Positions 16,044 through 22,704 of a stretch of DNA of 64,000 bases are shown piece by piece. How positions within the stretch are numbered: the first letter of the stretch is position 1; every line of letters begins with the position of its first letter. Position numbers and translations under genes: made by a program. The stretch is from Patescibacteria group bacterium (GTDB taxonomy: Bacteria > Patescibacteriota > Patescibacteriia > PEXW01). A model generated the notes under the pieces. It was not told the origin of the DNA, did not search any database, and was given only the letters and a program-made list of their open reading frames with translations. Location of the stretch: assembly GCA_038063455.1 (NCBI GenBank), contig JBBTVB010000002.1:257296-321295 (forward strand), read 5' to 3'.

Positions 16044-16988
16044 TCATCTGCCTAAGCTGGCAACTTGCAATTTACGCCATTGGGCTTCGATTCCAACACG
16101 AACGCAAGCAGCAACCTGGTCAGCAGTGAGTTTGGATGGCTCCACATTGGGGGTGGTGTTACTTCCGTTCAATAGCATTTCGCCCCGCGGATTGTAAAAC
16201 CAAGGAATATCTCTCATGAAGCCTTCTTTGTAAAAGTCCTGAGCAGGAATAGGCTCAGTTCTCCCACGCGCACCCAGTTCAGCAATGCGAATGTGCTTTG
16301 CCACTTCAGAAAGCACCACGGGCATTCTCTTGTTGGTAAAAACCATAGTATGGCCGTTTGATCGACGTTGCACGAGCGCCACCCAATCCCGCTGAAGCAT
16401 ATGACTTGCTGCTCGAACAACGCTGCCATGGTCACTCTCAACAATAAGAATCGAGTACTGATCGCCCGTGTGATTCTGGGCGGTTATCACGCGCGCCATT
16501 CGAACGGCTTCTTGTGACTCAACAAAGTCCAGTTGTTCAGCATGTTTTGCATCCAGAGCCAGGAAAGCCCAGTCAATGACCTTTTGCGGATCATTTGGAT
16601 GAGCTTCATTCAGCTGCTTGACCAAATTGTACAGGTCAAAGGGGCTGCCGTTGCCCTTTACATCAACATTGAAAATGAACTTCTGAAGCTGAACCAACTC
16701 CGGCTGATCGCTTAGTCCAAGTGATCTCGCCATCAGCGTTGTACAACAGTCTTCTGCTTTTGCTGGGTTGTCGGTTGTTGGGTGCTCATCAAAAGCCCCG
16801 CCGCCAACTCCCAGCTGCAGCACGCTTTCCGGACAATATCGGGCTACCCAGTCTGGCGTTGCAAAACGCATGGCAAGCCAGAGGGCGGCGATTTCATCCA
16901 AATGCATTTTGTAATGCGATTCAACAACCACGCTTTGACCAGCTATCACCACAGGTGACAGTCGAATAGTACTACTGCTCAAAATCAA
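16044..16988 (-). CDS. Hypothetical protein, tentatively MYG1/UPF0160-like metal-dependent hydrolase (start uncertain)
   Basis: HLDEIAALWL and VGGGAFDEH resemble MYG1 FHaDE / GG.yD..DHH motifs. TTG starts at 16988 or 16982 after AAAGGAG. Promoter TTGACA-16-TAATAC at 17077-17104. Confidence 0.5.
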   Translation of the reverse strand: MILSSSTIRLSPVVIAGQSVVVESHYKMHLDEIAALWLAMRFATPDWVARYCPESVLQLGVGGGAFDEHPTTDNPAKAEDCCTTLMARSLGLSDQPELVQLQKFIFNVDVKGNGSPFDLYNLVKQLNEAHPNDPQKVIDWAFLALDAKHAEQLDFVESQEAVRMARVITAQNHTGDQYSILIVESDHGSVVRAASHMLQRDWVALVQRRSNGHTMVFTNKRMPVVLSEVAKHIRIAELGARGRTEPIPAQDFYKEGFMRDIPWFYNPRGEMLLNGSNTTPNVEPSKLTADQVAACVRVGIEAQWRKLQVASLGR

Positions 16989-17249
16989 CTCCTTTGCTTT
17001 TCGAGGCGGTGTTTATTTTCGTCTAATTTTCAAGGTGTGCGTTCCAACGAACATTATGTTCGAAAGAGACTGTGGAGTATTACACACAAAGAATACTTTG
17101 TCAATGGCTCATAATAAAAATCCCTCTACTTCTTTGCGGCCACCTTATGCACTTTCTGTGCAGGCTCCTACAGAAGTAGAGGGGAACAGAAAACGTAAGT
17201 ACCCCTGAAAGGTACTAAGTCGAAGTGTACACGAGATCTTCAATTGCGC

Positions 17250-17280
17250 AAAAAACAGCCTCGCTTGTACAGCGAGGCTG
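17250..17280 (-). terminator. Intrinsic terminator (CAGCCTCGCTgtacaAGCGAGGCTG + TTTTTT on minus strand)
   Basis: Perfect 10-bp stem with a U-run, about 17 nt after the stop of the 75-codon ORF. Confidence 0.8.
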
Positions 17281-17296
17281 AGCTCTCGGTTCGGCC

Positions 17297-17524
17297 CTAC
17301 GTTGAATCGGCACGACGAGATGGTGCAAGCCTGAAAGGTTGCCCATGCGACTTTGGACGCAGCGACACTTCTCTACGCGCTCCATCGGGCCGGCACTTCT
17401 GCAAGTGCTCATGCAAATTTCCTGAGATGTTCCTGTAGCAATGCGAGCATTGACTACAGCAATTGATAATGTGTCGGGCGTTCCCGCCACTGTGGCACGA
17501 GCAGCGGCATTCTGACCATGACAT
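17297..17524 (-). CDS. Candidate Cys/His-rich small protein (75 aa)
   Basis: SD GGGAGGT (17531-17537) lies 6 nt upstream of the ATG. 8 Cys and 6 His in the first 44 aa (CRCSCH, CCSQCSHC). Has its own terminator. The region is also highly self-complementary, so an RNA role is possible. Confidence 0.35.
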   Translation of the reverse strand: MSWSECRCSCHSGGNARHIINCCSQCSHCYRNISGNLHEHLQKCRPDGARREVSLRPKSHGQPFRLAPSRRADST

Positions 17525-17608
17525 GAATGTACCTCCCTTTAGAATGTTTATCTTATGTTTTCAGGCTAAAACAAAGCCGCTTGAGCGACAAGGCTCGGAC
17601 GAAAAAAT

Positions 17609-18373
17609 TTACGAGAAGCTTCGCTGCTTGCCCACAATCACCTTCAATTTCCGCGGCGCAACTTCCACTGTGGCCGGGGTCTTAATAATCGTCTCGCCGT
17701 CGGACATAATTGGCATGCTCTCGCCGCCGCTGCGGATGGTCAATTTTTTTACCGGAAAAACGCTGGTCCGGGAAAAATTGCGACGGCCAAAGCCGAACAT
17801 ACGCCGCTCTTCCTGCGGGCGCACGATGACATCTAAATACCCGTCTCTAGGGTTCCCCTGCTCGCCGAAGTTGGCAATATCAATCGTCGCTGGCGACAGT
17901 GCCGAAATCTGGAACTTGCTATCGCAATCGATAGTAATACTCTTGCACTCCGGTAAACTGAGTTTGGAAAGGAAGTACCGGTTGTTCACTTTGCCCAAAT
18001 CCAACGTCGCGGTAATTCGGGCGGACAGCACGTCGCAGGCCGCTACGCCGTAAGGAATGCCCAGAGTCATTGCCATTATGGTTTCTTCACCAAGCGGAAT
18101 AATTCCAACTGTCACAGCGGTTTCCGCCAGCGCCGACATTGCGCTATTCAGCATCCGATCTGTGCCAATAAGCACAATGGTTTCCGAATGATTCCGCAAA
18201 GCGTCTTTAATTGCTTCGGGCAGGCTTTTGAGAATCGTCAGCTTCTCAATCCGGCCGCTCATTTCCAATTCAATCAACCGGCTCTCGATTCGGGCGAGTT
18301 CTGCTTCGTATTTCTTATCGTTAATAGCGGCTTCAACAATGTACGTGTACATACTCGCGCTAAACTGCGTCAT
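17609..18373 (-). CDS. DAGK-catalytic-domain-like lipid kinase (YegS/BmrU-like, degenerate motifs)
   Basis: LIGTDRMLN (cf GGDGTLN) and IIPLGEET (cf IIPLGTGN). The ATG overlaps the bactofilin stop (TAATG at 18371-18375). Confidence 0.55.
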   Translation of the reverse strand: MTQFSASMYTYIVEAAINDKKYEAELARIESRLIELEMSGRIEKLTILKSLPEAIKDALRNHSETIVLIGTDRMLNSAMSALAETAVTVGIIPLGEETIMAMTLGIPYGVAACDVLSARITATLDLGKVNNRYFLSKLSLPECKSITIDCDSKFQISALSPATIDIANFGEQGNPRDGYLDVIVRPQEERRMFGFGRRNFSRTSVFPVKKLTIRSGGESMPIMSDGETIIKTPATVEVAPRKLKVIVGKQRSFS

Positions 18374-18741
18374 TAATTTTCTTCCTGTTGTTGCGGTGCG
18401 CCAGACATCGTACACTTGCCGTTCAGAATTGCACCGGGCTCCACCGAGAGCATGCTGGTTTCCACATTGCCGTGCAGCTTTGCGCCGGCTTTAAGAATGA
18501 GCTTACCAGTCGCTTTAATGTTACCGATCAGCTCACCAGCGAGCAGCACGTCAACCGCTTCTACGTTTGCTTTCACTTTGGCACTAACACCAATGGTAAC
18601 GTTGTGCTTAGTTTTCAAGGTTCCTTGCAACTGCCCTTCGACAATAACGTTCCCCTCACCCACGAAGTTACCTTCAACCTTCACCGCACCGCCAATAACT
18701 GTGTCGCCTTGCTTTGTGCTTGCTGCGTCGCCTTTGAACAT
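18373..18741 (-). CDS. Bactofilin (DUF583) cytoskeletal protein
   Basis: Repetitive beta-helix pattern VIGGAVKVEGNFVGEGNVIVEGQLQGTL...VLLAGELIGNIKA...KLHGNV. Start set at MFKGD (18741). Confidence 0.8.
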   Translation of the reverse strand: MFKGDAASTKQGDTVIGGAVKVEGNFVGEGNVIVEGQLQGTLKTKHNVTIGVSAKVKANVEAVDVLLAGELIGNIKATGKLILKAGAKLHGNVETSMLSVEPGAILNGKCTMSGAPQQQEEN

Positions 18742-18864
18742 AGAGTAAATATGTAAATCTGGAGCACTTGGATTGTACGTCGACGGGCGCAGGGGGTCAA
18801 AGCGTTGTCTGGATGCTGATTGTTCGCTACACTCAGCGAGCAATTATTATCCAGAAAAATCCGT

Positions 18865-19038
18865 ATGAAAAACGAAGCGCCTCAGGCAAACCCGATTAAG
18901 AAAGACCTACGAAGGTTGGCGATTTTGCTAGTCGGGATTGCAATAGTACTTGCGGGAATACGGTACTTGTCGCTAAAAACAACAATTGTAAGCGATATAT
19001 CACATAATTTATATAAAGCGACACTTGAAAATAGCTAA
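18865..19038 (+). CDS. Hypothetical small membrane protein (57 aa from ATG; track ORF starts at TTG 18820)
   Basis: Single TM segment LAILLVGIAIVLAGI. No SD seen. Confidence 0.3.
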   Translation: MKNEAPQANPIKKDLRRLAILLVGIAIVLAGIRYLSLKTTIVSDISHNLYKATLENS

Positions 19039-19050
19039 TATAAGCAACTT

Positions 19051-19125
19051 GCCCCTGTAGCTCAATGGATAGAGCAGTCCCGTCCTAAGGGAAAGATGGG
19101 GGTTCGATTCCCTCTTGGGGCACCA
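19051..19125 (+). tRNA. tRNA-Arg (anticodon CCT), CCA encoded
   Basis: Manual cloverleaf with anticodon loop GTCCTAA and T arm GGGGG-TTCGATT-CCCTC. One T-T mismatch in the acceptor stem. Confidence 0.85.
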
Positions 19126-19160
19126 TGAACCACTCGCACGCTCGGGTTCATGGCGGGCCA
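19123..19160 (+). repeat. CCA-pairing trailer hairpin + TGGCGGGCCA (tRNA-Arg-CCT copy)
   Basis: CCATGAACC (19123-19131) pairs perfectly with GGTTCATGG (19145-19153). TGGCGGGCCA at 19151-19160. Confidence 0.65.
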
Positions 19161-19258
19161 CACATAACACTCGCTTTAATGAAGTTCTGCTCTAATAATG
19201 AGTTAGTGGTTCATGCGCTGTACCGAAACGAAGTGACTGGTACATGGCGGCTATAGAT

Positions 19259-19274
19259 TGTTCCACGTGGAACA
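19259..19274. promoter_or_regulatory. parS centromere-like site TGTTCCACGTGGAACA (copy 1)
   Basis: Perfect 16-bp palindrome matching the chromosomal parS consensus TGTTNCACGTGNAACA. Lies 24 nt upstream of tRNA-Ala(CGC). Confidence 0.7.
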
Positions 19275-19298
19275 TATTGAAAATTAGCTAGTATTTAT

Positions 19299-19372
19299 GG
19301 GCCTGTGGTTCAGTGGTAGAACACGGCATTCGCATTGCTGAGACGGGAGTTCGATTCTCCCCAGGTCCACCA
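19299..19372 (+). tRNA. tRNA-Ala (anticodon CGC), CCA encoded
   Basis: Manual cloverleaf with the G3:U70 identity pair and anticodon loop TTCGCAT. Confidence 0.9.
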
Positions 19373-19480
19373 CGCACCAGTCGCCCGCGCTTCGCACGGA
19401 CTCCGGTGCATGGCAAGCCATCAAGCTAAAGTCTTTAATAAGGACAAAGCTGGTGCGTGCCGTGTACCCGAGTTCGTGAA
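19363..19480 (+). repeat. 118-nt perfect direct repeat, copy 1 (tRNA-Ala 3' end + trailer)
   Basis: Identical to 19749-19866 (offset 386), although the two tRNA-Ala bodies differ. Includes the CCA-pairing hairpin (19370-19413) and TGGCAAGCCA (19411-19420). Confidence 0.85.
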
Positions 19481-19632
19481 ACGGACGAGTGGTTCACGGC
19501 GTCTCTAGAGAATTCATGATACGCTCGGGTTCATGGCGAGCCACCTTTCTAAATGGCTCGCGAACTTATATGTAGCGAGTGGTTCATGCGCTGTACCGAA
19601 ACGAAGTGACTGGTACAGGGCACATATCGGAA

Positions 19633-19648
19633 TGTTCCACGTGGAACA
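19633..19648. promoter_or_regulatory. parS centromere-like site TGTTCCACGTGGAACA (copy 2)
   Basis: Second perfect copy, 374 bp from the first and 34 nt upstream of tRNA-Ala(GGC). Confidence 0.7.
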
Positions 19649-19682
19649 TTTGCGAGGAATGGTATAGGATGTTTAACAATAT

Positions 19683-19758
19683 GGGCCTCTAGCTCATCTG
19701 GTAGAGCGCTTCCATGGCATGGAAGAGGTGAGGAGTTCGAGTCTCCTGAGGTCCACCA
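19683..19758 (+). tRNA. tRNA-Ala (anticodon GGC), CCA encoded
   Basis: Manual cloverleaf with G3:U70 and anticodon loop ATGGCAT. Confidence 0.9.
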
Positions 19759-19866
19759 CGCACCAGTCGCCCGCGCTTCGCACGGACTCCGGTGCATGGC
19801 AAGCCATCAAGCTAAAGTCTTTAATAAGGACAAAGCTGGTGCGTGCCGTGTACCCGAGTTCGTGAA
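19749..19866 (+). repeat. 118-nt perfect direct repeat, copy 2
   Basis: Identical to 19363-19480. TGGCAAGCCA at 19797-19806. Confidence 0.85.
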
Positions 19867-20071
19867 GCGGACGAGTGGCTCACGACTTTCGTAATAGCAC
19901 ATCTGGGCTAGGCCCGAGGTCGAACAGAAACCCTAACAAGCATTAAACAGAATTCATCAGTCAGGTACCATACTTTGGAGTTTTTTTACTAGCTAAACAC
20001 GAAAAAATTTGTGGTATGTTTAATTTGATAGATGAACATTGATAATCTAAATTCTACAAACGGGAGATAAT

Positions 20072-20857
20072 GTGAATACGAGTGTAGAAGCGGCTAAACC
20101 TGCAATTGAGGTAAAGAGCTTAAACTTTTGGTACCCAAAACAGAGAGAGAAAGTACTTCATGACGTTACCGTCTCAATCCAGAAATCAAAAATTACCGCG
20201 ATCATGGGGCCATCTGGCTGCGGCAAGTCTACTCTGCTGCGCTGCATGAACCGCATTCATGATATATACCCTGGGTGCCGATACCAAGGTCAAATCATTC
20301 TTCAACCAGACAACCTTGAAATTCTTTCCTCTCGAACTGACCTGTACCTTGTGCGCCAACAGATAGGAATGGTTTTTCAACAGGCAAACCTGTTCCCAAA
20401 AACCATTTATGAAAATGTTGCCTACGGCCTTAGGGTCAATGGGATAAAAGACAAGCAGCTTCTCGATGCATCAGTTGAGGAGTCACTCCGTCAGTCTGCT
20501 CTCTGGGATGAGGTAAAGGACCGACTACATACGCATGCTGGAAATCTTTCTGGTGGGCAGAAACAACGTCTATGTATCGCGCGCGCGATTGTAGTGCAGC
20601 CGCAAGTATTATTGCTAGATGAGCCATGCTCTGCGCTTGATCCAAATGCAACGGGCAGGATTGAAGAACTACTTGTCAATCTGAAGGATAGGTACACAGT
20701 GGTGATCGTGACACATAACCGTGAACAAGCCGGGAGGGTATCAGACTTCATAGCTTTCATGTACCTTGGGGAACTCATTGAGTTCAACGCCAGCGCTAGT
20801 ATTATTGGAAACCCGAAAACGAAACTAGTGCAGGACTTTCTAACCAAAAACTACTAG
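20072..20857 (+). CDS. pstB: Phosphate ABC transporter ATP-binding protein PstB homolog (no pstSCA nearby)
   Basis: LNFWYPK..., [48 protein letters not shown] and [10 protein letters not shown] closely follow the PstB pattern. GTG start after GGGAGA. Confidence 0.85.
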   Translation: MNTSVEAAKPAIEVKSLNFWYPKQREKVLHDVTVSIQKSKITAIMGPSGCGKSTLLRCMNRIHDIYPGCRYQGQIILQPDNLEILSSRTDLYLVRQQIGMVFQQANLFPKTIYENVAYGLRVNGIKDKQLLDASVEESLRQSALWDEVKDRLHTHAGNLSGGQKQRLCIARAIVVQPQVLLLDEPCSALDPNATGRIEELLVNLKDRYTVVIVTHNREQAGRVSDFIAFMYLGELIEFNASASIIGNPKTKLVQDFLTKNY

Positions 20858-20865
20858 TAGACCTT

Positions 20866-20896
20866 AAAACTCGCAAGCCAACTTGCGAGTTTTTTA
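20866..20896 (+). terminator. Intrinsic terminator after pstB
   Basis: AAAACTCGCAAG ccaa CTTGCGAGTTTT + TTAT. Confidence 0.8.
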
Positions 20897-20897
20897 T

Positions 20898-20926
20898 TTG
20901 ACAACTTACTATGCACATGTGATACT
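20898..20926 (+). promoter_or_regulatory. Promoter TTGACA-17-GATACT placed 6 nt before the hxlR ATG (leaderless layout)
   Basis: Hexamers at 20898-20903 and 20921-20926, ATG at 20933. Confidence 0.6.
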
Positions 20927-20932
20927 TTCCAT

Positions 20933-21277
20933 ATGAAAGTATCAAAGCAAGCCTGCCCCGTGGACATGGTCTGCCGGCTGGTACAAGACCGCGCCGCCTT
21001 TGTCCTACTCCGCCGGTTATCCGAATATCCCTCCCGCCGGTTTTCGGAACTCATGGATGACGTCGGCGGCATCAGCACCCGGACACTTACCATCCGGCTA
21101 AAAGAGCTGGAGGGTTGCGGCATGATTAAACGCACAGCGTATCGCGAAGCCCCGCCGCGGGTGGAATACAGCCTAACGCCCAGCGGCAAAGCCTTCCGCA
21201 AAGTGCTCAACTCCATGGCGGATTGGTCCAAAAATAACCTGCCCGCCAAAGCGCAATTGCGGCGGGCCAAGGCCTAA
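20933..21277 (+). CDS. HxlR-family transcriptional regulator
   Basis: CPV...RRFSEL...ISTRTLTIRLKELEGCGMIKR...PPRVEYSLTPSG, the winged-helix HxlR pattern. Confidence 0.85.
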   Translation: MKVSKQACPVDMVCRLVQDRAAFVLLRRLSEYPSRRFSELMDDVGGISTRTLTIRLKELEGCGMIKRTAYREAPPRVEYSLTPSGKAFRKVLNSMADWSKNNLPAKAQLRRAKA

Positions 21278-21318
21278 CCTATACTGCATATCCAACCTCT
21301 TCTTAACCCTCCTGCGCT

Positions 21319-21642
21319 ATGAGCGGCATTGAATTTACGGACGCAAACTTCAAAACCGACGTTCTGGCTGAAACCGGTAAACCCGTCCTGGTCGACTTTT
21401 GGGCTACCTGGTGCGGGCCGTGCAAAGTGCAGAGCCCCATCATCGAGGAGATTGCCAAAGAGATTGGCGACAAAGCCACGGTCGGGTCCATGGACGTGGA
21501 CGCGCACCCAACCATCCCACAGGAGTACGGCATCATGAGCATTCCCACGCTTATCATTTTCAAAGACGGCAAACCCGTGTGGCGTGTGGCCGGGCTGCAG
21601 CAGAAGCAAGCCATTCTGACCGAGCTGAAGAAAGCAATGTAA
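21319..21642 (+). CDS. trxA: Thioredoxin
   Basis: WATWCGPCK active site; 107 aa. Confidence 0.9.
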   Translation: MSGIEFTDANFKTDVLAETGKPVLVDFWATWCGPCKVQSPIIEEIAKEIGDKATVGSMDVDAHPTIPQEYGIMSIPTLIIFKDGKPVWRVAGLQQKQAILTELKKAM

Positions 21643-21643
21643 C

Positions 21644-22612
21644 ATGGCTGACACAGCGTACGATGTTGTCATTGTTGGCGCGGGCGCGGCAGGATTAACT
21701 GCCGCAATTTACACCAGCCGTCGGGCGCTGAAGACGTTGGTCATTTCCCAGGACATTGGCGGCCAAGCAGCCACCACCGAGGAAATTGAAAACTACCCAG
21801 GCGTAGATTTTTCTGACGGCCCCAGCTTGATGAACAAGTTCCGCGAGCAGGCGGAAAAATTTGGTGCAGAGGTGCGGCTGGATGAGGTGACGAAAATCGA
21901 GAAGCAAGCTGACGGGACGTTCACCGTAAGCACACCGACGTCGAGCGCACATGGCCGCACGGTAATTATTGCCTATGGCCTCTCGCACAAACACTTGGAC
22001 GTGCCGGGCGAAAAAGAATTCATCGGCCGCGGCGTGACGTACTGCGCCACCTGCGATGCGCCACTTTACAAAGGCAAACCCGTGGCCGTGGTCGGCGGCG
22101 GGAATTCAGCAATGGATGCAGCTTTGCTCTTGGCAAAACTTTGCCCTGAAGTCCATATGATAGTCCGCGGTGATGCCCTCAAAGGTGAAGCCGTAATGGT
22201 GGAAAAAATTACTGCAGCGAATAATATCCAGGTGCATACTAATACCGTGCCGGTTTCAATTGCCGGTGACAAAACGGTAACCGGCCTTACGGTAAGCAAA
22301 GCCGACGGCACTGACCAACAGACCCTAGCTGTGCAGGGCGTGTTTGTCGAAATTGGCTTTGTGGTTAAAGCCGACCTGGTGCGGGGGCTAGTGGCACTGG
22401 ATAAACGCAACCAAATTATTATCACTCACGAAAACGAAACCGATGTGCCAGGCATCTTTGCTGCCGGTGACATTACCACCATTGCCAATAAACAAATTGT
22501 TATTTCCGCGGGCGAAGGTGCGAAGGCCGCGCTCAAAGCCTACGACTACGTGCAGAAGCAATCGGGCAAACCAGCTATCCCCACGGATTGGGGCTTTACC
22601 CCGCACCACTAG
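21644..22612 (+). CDS. trxB: Thioredoxin-disulfide reductase
   Basis: VVIVGAGAAG FAD site, CATCDA redox centre, GGGNSA NADPH site and GDIT motif. Confidence 0.9.
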   Translation: MADTAYDVVIVGAGAAGLTAAIYTSRRALKTLVISQDIGGQAATTEEIENYPGVDFSDGPSLMNKFREQAEKFGAEVRLDEVTKIEKQADGTFTVSTPTSSAHGRTVIIAYGLSHKHLDVPGEKEFIGRGVTYCATCDAPLYKGKPVAVVGGGNSAMDAALLLAKLCPEVHMIVRGDALKGEAVMVEKITAANNIQVHTNTVPVSIAGDKTVTGLTVSKADGTDQQTLAVQGVFVEIGFVVKADLVRGLVALDKRNQIIITHENETDVPGIFAAGDITTIANKQIVISAGEGAKAALKAYDYVQKQSGKPAIPTDWGFTPHH

Positions 22613-22704
22613 AAATATGCGAATGGATACAATATTTTTTACTAATTCCACCCAAACCACAACTAGTGGTGCGGGGTTTACGAAATAATTAACTCCTTAC
22701 CTTT

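Noticed and set aside
19549-19797. 82-aa minus-strand ORF
   Set aside because: It overlaps tRNA-Ala(GGC) and the repeated spacers.
19126-19900. Possible CRISPR array because of repeated units
   Set aside because: There are only two long (118-nt) copies plus shared blocks interleaved with tRNA genes. Regular 25-40-nt repeat/spacer periodicity is absent, and no cas genes are present.
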